Below, piece by piece: positions 55,979 through 64,000 of a stretch of 64,000 nt of DNA. The position numbers and the translations under genes were made by a program. The stretch spans positions 1-64,000 of IMG/VR virus record IMGVR_UViG_3300009537_002640; one strand, 5' to 3'. The notes below the pieces were generated by a model, which saw only the letters and a program-made list of their open reading frames with translations, made no database searches and was not told the origin of the DNA. Every line of letters starts with the position of its first letter. Within the stretch, counting starts at the first letter, position 1.

Positions 55979-56328
55979 TATTTATTCCTCGGCAACATAG
56001 TTTGATACAGTACACGGGGCATGAAATCGCGCATATTGTTATATACCTGGCTGAAAATTTGTCCCTTGCATGCTTCACACTTTCTACTGCACTTTTGTCC
56101 ATCATACGCAATGTGAGTAACTATACGAATTTTCCATCTGGTTTCGCAGCACTTAGGACAATTGTTGGAACGCTTACAGAACTTTCCATTTACATGATTA
56201 TGTTTTAACTCATCACTAAATGCTGCCTCTTTGATTGCCAGAGTGCAGGATGCGCAATCACACTTTCTACGACTATAAACTCGTCCATGATGATACTTAC
56301 AGTTCTCTACCATGTATCCGTGATTCAT
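55978..56328 (-). CDS. Cys/His-rich hypothetical protein (putative Zn-binding)
   Basis: HGRVYSRRKCDCASC, CPKCC and CEAC motifs. Confidence 0.6.
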   Translation of the reverse strand: MNHGYMVENCKYHHGRVYSRRKCDCASCTLAIKEAAFSDELKHNHVNGKFCKRSNNCPKCCETRWKIRIVTHIAYDGQKCSRKCEACKGQIFSQVYNNMRDFMPRVLYQTMLPRNK

Positions 56329-56330
56329 CT

Positions 56331-57494
56331 TTAAACCCTTATTAGTTCTTTTATAGCTTGTAGTGCTCTCTTGTGGTGTTGCCCATCAAACGTTAAGCCC
56401 AAATCAAACATATGCTTATTTTGATTTTGTAGCTGCACTGCGTTGTCTGAATTAACTGCTGTGAGAATAATCTCTTCAAACACATCTTGGCTATCTGCAT
56501 GATATGCACAATCGTTCTTAATGGTATCCAGATTGTCGTTTCCTCCAGCAAATACATTATCTGCCACCCTAACTATAACAAGTGGCTTATTTGCTAAACA
56601 CGCCTCAATTTCTACAGTGGACCTTCCTGCCAGAACTATAACATCGGTGGCAGCAATAATAGGATAAGGATCACCAAAGGGCGCGACGAACTTAACATAA
56701 GGACTTTCTTTCAAAGACATAAATTCGTCTATAATCTCTACTGCCCAAGCTTCGCCTGACTTGGCCTTGATATCAATAAAGCTAAATGTATTTTCTTTTT
56801 TAGGTTTTACCACTAACAACCAGTTGTTTTTTTCTGCCAGTTTGGCCAATTTAATAACAGACAAATAAAAATCTACAGAGTGCGCTATGAAATCGCTTCG
56901 GCCATACTTGTGTCCAAAGATAGTTACAATCTTATTAGCCTGAGAGTTTTCTAACAAAGCCCTTCTACACTCATTACTTCGTTGTACTCTGTCATATAGT
57001 ACATCAAATTGTGGTAGGGCATTTAACACAATCTTCTCTGAGGGTACATTGGCATTGTTCATAAGCAAAGTTCTAAAATTATGTATGCCTCCCAGTAATA
57101 AATCAAAATTAGCCCAAGTTTCAGAGAATGATCGCTTTACATTAGCTGGGCTTGCGTCCCAAACTCCGTGACCAACATATACAATTTTCATACCATATTT
57201 TTTCATCTTAGTATGCCAAGTCCCAGAATTATGACACTGAACCACCACATTTGGCTTTTGATTCTTAAGAGAAAATTTGAAATGATAATCTATGTCATAT
57301 TTATAATGAGGCAATTGCAACCCTTTAGAAGAAATAAAGTTGGGTGTACATGCAAATTGCTTGATACCCTTCTCAGGCTTAAATGACTCGAAGACCCTAA
57401 CATGCTCTCTTTTCATAAAGTGGTACATTATGCGTTTCTGTTTTTCCACCTTTTTCTGTTCTGTCAACGTTGTGGCTTTCAATTTTTTGCCCAT
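56331..57494 (-). CDS. GT-B fold transferase (CDP-glycerol phosphotransferase/KpsS-like)
   Basis: VGHG, ALPQFD, VVKPK, TDVIVLAGRSTVEIEACLANKPLV. Confidence 0.7.
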   Translation of the reverse strand: MGKKLKATTLTEQKKVEKQKRIMYHFMKREHVRVFESFKPEKGIKQFACTPNFISSKGLQLPHYKYDIDYHFKFSLKNQKPNVVVQCHNSGTWHTKMKKYGMKIVYVGHGVWDASPANVKRSFSETWANFDLLLGGIHNFRTLLMNNANVPSEKIVLNALPQFDVLYDRVQRSNECRRALLENSQANKIVTIFGHKYGRSDFIAHSVDFYLSVIKLAKLAEKNNWLLVVKPKKENTFSFIDIKAKSGEAWAVEIIDEFMSLKESPYVKFVAPFGDPYPIIAATDVIVLAGRSTVEIEACLANKPLVIVRVADNVFAGGNDNLDTIKNDCAYHADSQDVFEEIILTAVNSDNAVQLQNQNKHMFDLGLTFDGQHHKRALQAIKELIRV

Positions 57495-57509
57495 TGGGAA
57501 CTCCCGGGT

Positions 57510-58187
57510 TTACACTTTTACAACCACTAACTCTCTCGCCCCATTAGTTTGTACTTCCTCTGGCAATGGAATTACTTGTGGGTCGTAGCCCAAATCCTTA
57601 TATATCGATACTAAATCAGGATTCCATTGCACCTGGTCTGACACTTTGTAGGTTGGCTTCATGTGCTTTGGCCCAGCAGCAACCTCATTATTTCCTAGTT
57701 GTTCTAGATGCATTACATACTTAAATGCAGCAGGAACTATCTGAACCTCTATCACATTTCGCATTGTTTCGGGCGGAACATGTATTAGCACACCAGAAGT
57801 AAATATAATGTCCGCCTCCCAGTTCACAAAGTCTAAATCATGCAAGTCTTCACATAGCAACCTAACATCTGAACCTAGTTTTTCTTGGGCGAATTTAACT
57901 GCCTTAGGGTTCACTTCTACGCCACTCACCTGTTTGTCTGGAAAGGCTTCCCTAATGTATCGTAAGTTTCTGCCAGCAAAGAAACCTACCTCACCTATAG
58001 AATCAAATTCATAATTTCTAAGTTGTTCCACAAACCACTTAGAGCGCTTGGTTGCTGGAGGCGAGTCCCAATACGACTGAATAATCTTTAAGTCTTTTCC
58101 TGCCCAATGTTGAGCCTGTGTTTTCTTATCTACCATTACACTCTCCCTTAATAGCTTCACATATTCTTTCGCACGCATGACCATCAA
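57510..58187 (-). CDS. Class I SAM methyltransferase (similar to pseudaminic-acid-associated methylases)
   Basis: EVGFFAGRNL, GVEVNPKAV, DIIFTSGVLIHVPP. Confidence 0.82.
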   Translation of the reverse strand: MMVMRAKEYVKLLRESVMVDKKTQAQHWAGKDLKIIQSYWDSPPATKRSKWFVEQLRNYEFDSIGEVGFFAGRNLRYIREAFPDKQVSGVEVNPKAVKFAQEKLGSDVRLLCEDLHDLDFVNWEADIIFTSGVLIHVPPETMRNVIEVQIVPAAFKYVMHLEQLGNNEVAAGPKHMKPTYKVSDQVQWNPDLVSIYKDLGYDPQVIPLPEEVQTNGARELVVVKV

Positions 58188-59208
58188 TATCGCATAGGTA
58201 GTGATTAACTAAACCTACGGTATCACAATCTATAGGATTAGACAAAATATCCAGCAATCCTTTTTGATCGTAGGCTACTGGCAAATACTGGTGATAATCA
58301 GGTAAACCATCAAAATCCCTGGATTCGCCAAATAAAATATATACGATGGGCTTATTGAGTATTGCCGCCTCTAATAACATAGTACTGGCGAACCCCGCAA
58401 CAACATCTGAGTGCACCAACAATTCTCGTGCCACTTGAGTAGATGATTCCCATATATCTGGGATAATCTTAATATCAACGCTTGGGTTGTCGAGCCTGGC
58501 CTTCATTACATCAGATACATACATATCGTATTTGCTATAGCTTTTCCAGGTTTGAGGATGAACTTTAATCACTATCTGGTGATTGCCCGTGCTTTTAGCA
58601 AAATGCTCCAGAGCTAATATTGAGTCGTCCCTTACTTTATCTATGTTGACGTCTACAATTTTTCCATTTGACTCTTGAGAAAATAGAGGCGGATAGTCGG
58701 GAAAGAATATCCATTTTCTAGATAGTTCTAAACCATACTTGTTCGCTACCTCTTCTCTAGATTGGTAGGAGTTATCCATATACAACTCAAATCTTGGGTA
58801 GCCTGTTATATATGTGGTAGTTAGGTCTTCCCAAAAATTGGCGTAATTTTGTCCTGGAGCAAATACTGCATCTGGCGTAAAAAAGTACTCTCCGTCTAAC
58901 TTATATTTCGGATGTCTAAACATCGCGCTCTCATGTGCACCGAACTTAAATGGTTCTCGGGGCAAAAGAAATATTTTTAACCCCTGCCCTCTAAGATGTT
59001 GTAGCGTTCGCCTAATAGGTTTTTCCCACACACTGGTTGTAATAGCAAACTTATACTTGCTGTTCACTCGTATGTTCTGTTTAGCTATACGAGATGCTTT
59101 AGTGGGCGGAAAGTCCATCTTAACCTCGAACTTATCTGGGTTCCAAAAAATCGATGGGTCTATATCTATTCCCCAAACTCTAGGATCTAAATATAGCCCA
59201 TGTAACAT
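58126..59208 (-). CDS. GT-B fold transferase (CDP-glycerol phosphotransferase/KpsS-like)
   Basis: TGYPRFE, IKVHP, SDVVAGFASTMLLEAAILNKPIV. Confidence 0.72.
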   Translation of the reverse strand: MLHGLYLDPRVWGIDIDPSIFWNPDKFEVKMDFPPTKASRIAKQNIRVNSKYKFAITTSVWEKPIRRTLQHLRGQGLKIFLLPREPFKFGAHESAMFRHPKYKLDGEYFFTPDAVFAPGQNYANFWEDLTTTYITGYPRFELYMDNSYQSREEVANKYGLELSRKWIFFPDYPPLFSQESNGKIVDVNIDKVRDDSILALEHFAKSTGNHQIVIKVHPQTWKSYSKYDMYVSDVMKARLDNPSVDIKIIPDIWESSTQVARELLVHSDVVAGFASTMLLEAAILNKPIVYILFGESRDFDGLPDYHQYLPVAYDQKGLLDILSNPIDCDTVGLVNHYLCDIDGHACERICEAIKGECNGR

Positions 59209-59855
59209 TATACTGCCTTTTGCATCAACATCTTACCTCTATTTATGTCTACCTGGATAATGTGTGACACATCTCTACCCCTTATGGCTGCTGGTAAACG
59301 ATTATGGGTGGCATAATAACCCAATTTAGCATAATAATCTATAAGGTTTGGTCTCCATTGAAACTTATCTGCTACGCGCTTAGGGTTTAATTCCTCTGAG
59401 CCCTTTAGTATAAAATCATCACTATACGCTTCAATATGCATCACATATTTGTTCGCTTTGTCGAGACATTTCTTAAGCGCCCTCAAGATTCCATCTGGAG
59501 GTATATGTATCAGGACCCCCATAGTAAACACCATATCATATTTTTTGGTAATATCCATATCATACACACTCTCTCTAGCAAAATCTCCATCTGGCATATT
59601 CTCTCGCGCCCAATCTACACTGTCTTGTGATACATCTATGCCACCGAAACTTTCTAGGGACATCTTGTTTTTAATCACATCCAGGTTCCTGCCGCCCATA
59701 ATACCAACCTCAAATAAAGATTCTATATCATACACCCTGATGTGATTACCAAGCCAATTTGCACGACGGACATGATTTTCATTGTTCCAGTAGGCTTCCA
59801 CCGCATTAGTGGTTTTGCCTCCCCACAATTGAGCCTGGATGTCCCTATATTCCAT
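59208..59855 (-). CDS. Class I SAM methyltransferase, paralog of 57510-58187
   Basis: EVGIMGGRNL, GIDVS, DMVFTMGVLIHIPP. Confidence 0.82.
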   Translation of the reverse strand: MEYRDIQAQLWGGKTTNAVEAYWNNENHVRRANWLGNHIRVYDIESLFEVGIMGGRNLDVIKNKMSLESFGGIDVSQDSVDWARENMPDGDFARESVYDMDITKKYDMVFTMGVLIHIPPDGILRALKKCLDKANKYVMHIEAYSDDFILKGSEELNPKRVADKFQWRPNLIDYYAKLGYYATHNRLPAAIRGRDVSHIIQVDINRGKMLMQKAV

Positions 59856-59856
59856 A

Positions 59857-60564
59857 TCATACCACCTTCTGCATCAGCCTGGAATACTTAACCAAATCTG
59901 CTAGTTCATCTGGAGTTATACTACAGATGTGGTCAAAGCCAGGAGTTGCCTTAGAGAGAGTAAAATGTTTCTCTATAAGCTTTGCTCCTCTTGCTACAGC
60001 TACCAATGATGCCTCTATCCCAAGTGTATGGTCAGAGAACCCATAGTAAAAATCTCCAAATACTGGAGGAAAGTTTAGACTCTTATACTCGGTAGGATAT
60101 TCTGATACGCAATAGAGATACTTTACATTATCAGGAGACTTATCTAATGCCACTGAATTAAATCCCAGAGACATATAGCATTCTTTTCCGGTTGCTACCA
60201 TCTTCTCAGCTAATGGCCTATTAAGCTTAGACACACGACTTGCTATTTTGTGTCGCTTAACACCCAAGTCTTCCATCCATTGTAGCCGCTCTTCATCAAA
60301 AACGCTACACATGAACTCGATGCCTTCTTCATCGCACCAGTCTTTAAGCTGTGCGAATTGCTCTTTGTTAAATTCTAGAGGTTTTACACCAGCATGAATT
60401 TCTGGGTTTGGGTCTTCTCCGTCAGGCCCAAAGAGAGCATCCACCGAATAAGCCTGAAACTTAGCAGCATCAGCTCCAGCAATTGCAGCCTGACGGATTA
60501 ATTCATGCGCCAGGTGTATATTGCCATTATGGTTAATTCCAATCTCAGCAATTATAAACACCAT
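59857..60564 (-). CDS. neuB: Nonulosonic acid synthase (NeuB/PseI/SpsE family), no C-terminal AFP domain
   Basis: IIAEIGINHNG, GADAAKFQ, HKIAS, YCVSEYPT, GFSDHT, IEKHFTL, DHICS. Confidence 0.9.
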   Translation of the reverse strand: MVFIIAEIGINHNGNIHLAHELIRQAAIAGADAAKFQAYSVDALFGPDGEDPNPEIHAGVKPLEFNKEQFAQLKDWCDEEGIEFMCSVFDEERLQWMEDLGVKRHKIASRVSKLNRPLAEKMVATGKECYMSLGFNSVALDKSPDNVKYLYCVSEYPTEYKSLNFPPVFGDFYYGFSDHTLGIEASLVAVARGAKLIEKHFTLSKATPGFDHICSITPDELADLVKYSRLMQKVV

Positions 60565-60574
60565 GTCTTTCTCC

Positions 60575-61300
60575 TCATCTTAATTTCAGTTCTGTTTTCA
60601 CATCACGGTAATCTATGTCGTCCTCATCGCAGGCTTTATCATAAGCCTCTTCGTCGAGTTCATATAGCTCATCCATATTCATACCGTCAGACTTTCTGAT
60701 TTCTTCTTCGTAGCCCACAATAGCCGTTGTGGCATCTTTCCAGCCAAACAACCTATCGTATCTACCATCAGCGCTAGCTAAATCTACAGGGTGCTTCATA
60801 GGCTCTGTAAAATCATAAAATCTAACTTCGTATGGACAAGCCCAATAACAACCTTCAACCGCGATGATGGTATTGTCGGGAGATAACTTAACATCTGCCC
60901 AACAGAAACCAAAACCTTTCTGCGCTGATTCTGGTAGGTAATCCAGACGCTTAGGGTCATCTAATCGAATTATTGTTTGTCCCTGATAGTTCTCACCACA
61001 CAGTAAGTAATCATGCCCATCAGGATGTCCTATCGCCCAGCACTTCCAAAAGCTATGATAGTTTCTATTAACTACCGCTATCACTTCTTTTGTCTTCTTA
61101 TTACGAACTGTGCCACGAGTATAGTTCCAGGTCCCCTTGCCAGTCTTGAAACTCTCGATGGCTAACTCGTATGTGCCACAAGGCGAATCTTCAAACTCTG
61201 TGCTTTCTAAGTTCTTCTTGCTATAGAACTTGCTCTTCTTAAATTCACTTGCATATTCTTTGATGCTTGTAATAAGCTTCTTTGCTAATACCTAAGTCAT
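60575..61300 (-). CDS. Hypothetical protein; the best-supported start is followed by an in-frame TAG at codon 3 (nonsense allele or amber readthrough)
   Basis: AAGGAG-7nt-ATG(61300) ACT TAG, then 69 sense codons with no ATG/GTG/TTG (...SPCGTYELAIESFKTGKGTWNYTRG...) continuing in frame into the track ORF 60575-61084. Confidence 0.65.
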
Positions 61301-61302
61301 TG

Positions 61303-61518
61303 TTAAACTCCTTTGATTTCATCTTCATAGATTGGGGTTGTGATGGGCTCAAAGTCTTCTGCCTCAAGCTTACTATATTCCTCTATAGTTATCTCGCCCC
61401 TAAGTAATTTACCATACCATTTCATAGCTTGAAAATTGGTCTGATATCCTATAACTTTGCGTTCTTGGTTCCGCTTACGACGCTTGGTGAATCTCTTCCA
61501 CCATGTTTCTCGAACCAT
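61303..61518 (-). CDS. Small hypothetical protein
   Basis: GGAGG SD before ATG; overlaps the GNAT gene by 70 nt. Confidence 0.55.
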   Translation of the reverse strand: MVRETWWKRFTKRRKRNQERKVIGYQTNFQAMKWYGKLLRGEITIEEYSKLEAEDFEPITTPIYEDEIKGV

Positions 61519-62093
61519 TCATCCTCCAATACACTAAGCATTGTAGAGTCTATATAGGTGCCATTGGTGAACTGGTTGTGTCGCAATTTGCCATCAACCT
61601 TCATACCAAGCGGCCCAGTGTAAACCCCTAATGCTACGTTGTTATCATATACTTCTGCCCATATCTTATGCAGGTTCATTTCTCTAAACCCAAAGTCAAA
61701 TAGCAGCGTAAGAGCCTCTTTACCTAATCCCTTGCCTCTTGCCTCGGGACTTAAAAAGATACCAAACTCTGCAGAACGTAAACGCCAGTCTACATAGTGT
61801 AAACCGCAGCAGCCAACTAAATCTGGTGCAGGGTTTTGCTTGCCAGTTCCGTAGTCTGTCCAACCCTGTAATGGTGGCGTTTGTACTGGCAGATTCTCAT
61901 GAATCTCAAAGTATACATGATTGTCCGCCATGTTGTTGCCACGGTTTTCGTACCACCACTGCTGTCGTGCCTTACTGATATCCTTCCATTCCCTAAAGTA
62001 TTTGCGCATCTCAGGATCATTCCTTTGCTCGCGCATCCACTCTACATTGGAAGGGTCTATCTCTTTCAGATATACTTTATCACCAACTATCAT
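61449..62093 (-). CDS. GNAT/RimJ-like N-acetyltransferase (PseH-like)
   Basis: WMREQRNDPEMRKYF, VGCCGL, AEFGIFL...RGKGLG, LHKIWAEV. Confidence 0.85.
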   Translation of the reverse strand: MIVGDKVYLKEIDPSNVEWMREQRNDPEMRKYFREWKDISKARQQWWYENRGNNMADNHVYFEIHENLPVQTPPLQGWTDYGTGKQNPAPDLVGCCGLHYVDWRLRSAEFGIFLSPEARGKGLGKEALTLLFDFGFREMNLHKIWAEVYDNNVALGVYTGPLGMKVDGKLRHNQFTNGTYIDSTMLSVLEDEWFEKHGGRDSPSVVSGTKNAKL

Positions 62094-62593
62094 CAGTTAG
62101 TCCTCTTGCTCGTTTTCTTTTTACGAGCGGGCTTCTTAGACGTCTTTTTCTTAGTAGTGGCCTGAGCTATCACCTTATCCTCTTCCGACATAACTATAGC
62201 TGGAGCTGTTTGCTCTTGCGGCAAATTCACCACTATAGGAGTTGTGCCCTTGCTTACAACATGAGTATCTTTATTGTCTTCATCTGAACCATATGCGGAA
62301 GATGGGTCATTAACAAACTCTATCACTATGCACTCAGTCTCGGCCTCTACTTGATGCATAAAACCTGGAGGAATTGATAGAGATGTTCCTGGTTCAAAAG
62401 GAATGCCCTTTATCTGCCCATTCTTAATTACTCTAATGGTAGCTTTTCCGCCCAGAAGATAAAGCACTTTCGTTAGCCTGGTATGAAACACCATGTCGGT
62501 TTTCTTACCTGCTTCTATCTTGTGTACGGCACCACCAACATTACGTGCCTTGTCCCAGACAACTGCCCTGGAACCATAACCTATCTCTGACAT
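62093..62593 (-). CDS. Cupin-domain protein with basic tail
   Basis: FH...KVLYLLGG, SIPPGFMHQVEA; C-terminal KKTSKKPARKKK. Confidence 0.72.
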   Translation of the reverse strand: MSEIGYGSRAVVWDKARNVGGAVHKIEAGKKTDMVFHTRLTKVLYLLGGKATIRVIKNGQIKGIPFEPGTSLSIPPGFMHQVEAETECIVIEFVNDPSSAYGSDEDNKDTHVVSKGTTPIVVNLPQEQTAPAIVMSEEDKVIAQATTKKKTSKKPARKKKTSKRTN

Positions 62594-62603
62594 TGTTTTC
62601 TCC

Positions 62604-63434
62604 TTAATATTTTCTTAGCTTCTCTATGATGGGCTGTTCACTTACATACACAGTCTTAATCCCATCACCCAATATAGTCTCAACCTCACGAGCATCACGG
62701 CACAACTTACGTAAACCGGTTGGCTCCAATGATGCTGCCTGGTCACTACCATACATTGTACGGTCTAAAGTAATGTGTCGTTCAACTACGGCTGCACCTA
62801 GAGATACAGCGAGCAAAGTTGGTAATAGTCCCTTTTCATGCCCGCTGAAGCCGACGCCCTTTGAATCTGGGTATCTTTCGGTGAGAGTCTTAACAACACG
62901 AATATTAGACTCCCTGATGTCGGTTGGGTATGTAGAAGTGCAATGCATAACTGTAAAAGGACACTTGTGCTTCCTAAATATTTCTACTGCATGGTCAACC
63001 TGTTCTAGGGTACTCATACCCGTAGATATATAGGTGTGCTTTCCTTCTTGAGCTACAGTCTCTAATAGCTCATCGTATGTCAAGAGCGCTGAAGCAATCT
63101 TATTAAACTCTAGGTCATACTGCTGTAAGAACTTCTGGCTTTCTAAATCCCAGGCGGATGCGCTCCATGCTATACCTTTCTCTTTACAGTATCTATCTAT
63201 CTCGTCGTATTCTTCTTTGCCAAACTCTAAGCCTTCTTTCTGCTGCCTGTTGATTGTTCCCCAAGGCGATTCGCGAGACTTATCTAGCTCTTCCTTTGTA
63301 TACACTAAATCAATAGTGCGCTTTTGAAACTTAACAGCATCACATCCTGCATCTACTGCCAGGTCGATTAGCTTCTTGGCAATTCCCAAGTCACCATTGT
63401 GATTAATGCCTATCTCGGCTATAATATAAACCAT
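62604..63434 (-). CDS. neuB: Second nonulosonic acid synthase (NeuB/SpsE family)
   Basis: IIAEIGINHNGD, GCDAVKFQKRT, KIASA, ISTGMST, MHCTSTYP, GFSGHE, ERHITLDRTMYGSDQAASLEP. Confidence 0.93.
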   Translation of the reverse strand: MVYIIAEIGINHNGDLGIAKKLIDLAVDAGCDAVKFQKRTIDLVYTKEELDKSRESPWGTINRQQKEGLEFGKEEYDEIDRYCKEKGIAWSASAWDLESQKFLQQYDLEFNKIASALLTYDELLETVAQEGKHTYISTGMSTLEQVDHAVEIFRKHKCPFTVMHCTSTYPTDIRESNIRVVKTLTERYPDSKGVGFSGHEKGLLPTLLAVSLGAAVVERHITLDRTMYGSDQAASLEPTGLRKLCRDAREVETILGDGIKTVYVSEQPIIEKLRKY

Positions 63435-63438
63435 AACT

Positions 63439-64000
63439 TTACCCCTTATTACAAACTAAAAAGATTGTATCGTGTTTTCTAATGGTTTTAAGAAATGCGG
63501 AATACGCCGCGTTCATAAAACTCAAGCTCTTAAATTTACCTGGCTTACCTCTTAGCAGCCAATACAAATGATTATCGAATGAATATCTCTGTAACCTTAT
63601 TTCTTTCTCTACTAAAAACCTCTCATTGTTTAGTAATTTGGTCAGCGATTTTGGTGTGAAGTATGAACAATGGGCGTTCTGAAAATAGAAGCTCTTGTAC
63701 TTCTCTAGCCCCACCAAGGCGTCATTGAGATTTGGAACCTCCACTATCAGACGACCATTATGACCTAACACATCATAAATATGATGCAAGAAAGGGGCTG
63801 GCTCAGGAATATGCTCTAATACATGAAAGAGGGTTACTGTATCTACCTCTTCCTTCCAATCAGAAATATTGCATAGCCTAACGTCCAGTCCTCTTTCTTG
63901 TGCGCTTCTAACTCGTGCCTCGCTAATATCTACGCCTATAGCTCCATCAATCAAACCAACAAAGTTAGAATAACCAGTGCCAACATCTAAAAGCTTGAGG
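63439..64000 (-). CDS. Class I SAM methyltransferase, 5' end beyond the window
   Basis: The frame stays open to the window edge (LKLLDVGTGYSNF...). Motifs FHVLEHIPEP and LIVEVPN. Confidence 0.85.
   Translation of the reverse strand, partial: LKLLDVGTGYSNFVGLIDGAIGVDISEARVRSAQERGLDVRLCNISDWKEEVDTVTLFHVLEHIPEPAPFLHHIYDVLGHNGRLIVEVPNLNDALVGLEKYKSFYFQNAHCSYFTPKSLTKLLNNERFLVEKEIRLQRYSFDNHLYWLLRGKPGKFKSLSFMNAAYSAFLKTIRKHDTIFLVCNKG

Noticed and set aside
176-63147. All plus-strand ORFs in the track (e.g. 35799-36341, 43824-44495, 23790-24338) and short nested minus-strand ORFs (2086-2340, 16064-16276)
   Set aside because: They lie antisense to, or out of frame within, well-supported genes, lack recognisable motifs, and have the composition expected of shadow ORFs.
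38730-64000. Ordinary bacterial capsule or O-antigen locus
   Set aside because: No wzx, wzy, wzc or ABC exporter was seen. The locus is interspersed with phage-type small ORFs and homing endonucleases and is continuous with phage-like replication genes. A cellular origin cannot be fully excluded from this window alone.
1-64000. tRNA or rRNA genes
   Set aside because: Intergenic gaps are mostly under 200 nt, and none showed a cloverleaf or T-loop (GTTCRA) in a suitable context by eye. tRNAscan was not run.

Overview
This 64 kb window is gene-dense, and every supportable gene lies on the minus strand. It looks like a segment of a very large (jumbo/mega) bacteriophage genome. Evidence: Shine-Dalgarno sites, sigma70-type promoters, a phage-like mix of replication and nucleotide genes, homing endonucleases and giant LamG/Ig-fold proteins, with no cellular housekeeping operons. 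No capsid, portal or full terminase gene is in the window, so viral origin is inferred. Reading in the direction of transcription (right to left) there are five blocks. (1) A ~25 kb sugar and glycosylation locus (38.7-64 kb): two NeuB-type nonulosonate synthases, RmlA/B/D, UDP-glucose dehydrogenase, an epimerase, six glycosyltransferase-like genes, methyltransferases, a GNAT and a deacetylase. (2) A tubulin/FtsZ-family GTPase. (3) A replication module: SF2 helicase, Sm-fold protein, DnaC-like loader, DnaB. (4) A cassette behind a sigma70 promoter that overlaps a perfect palindrome: prkA/yeaG, yhbH/yeaH, mini P-loop ATPase, spoVR, SLOG, stand-alone diadenylate cyclase, sigma factor; followed by class II RNR, dUTPase and PIN-PhoH. 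(5) After a strong terminator, a cluster of large putative virion or surface proteins rich in Asp-Gly-Tyr. The strongest candidates for an undescribed system are the phage-borne stationary-phase/dormancy and c-di-AMP signalling cassette, and a possible link between the glycosylation locus and the DGY-rich giant proteins. All family calls come from motif recognition by eye; no database search was run.
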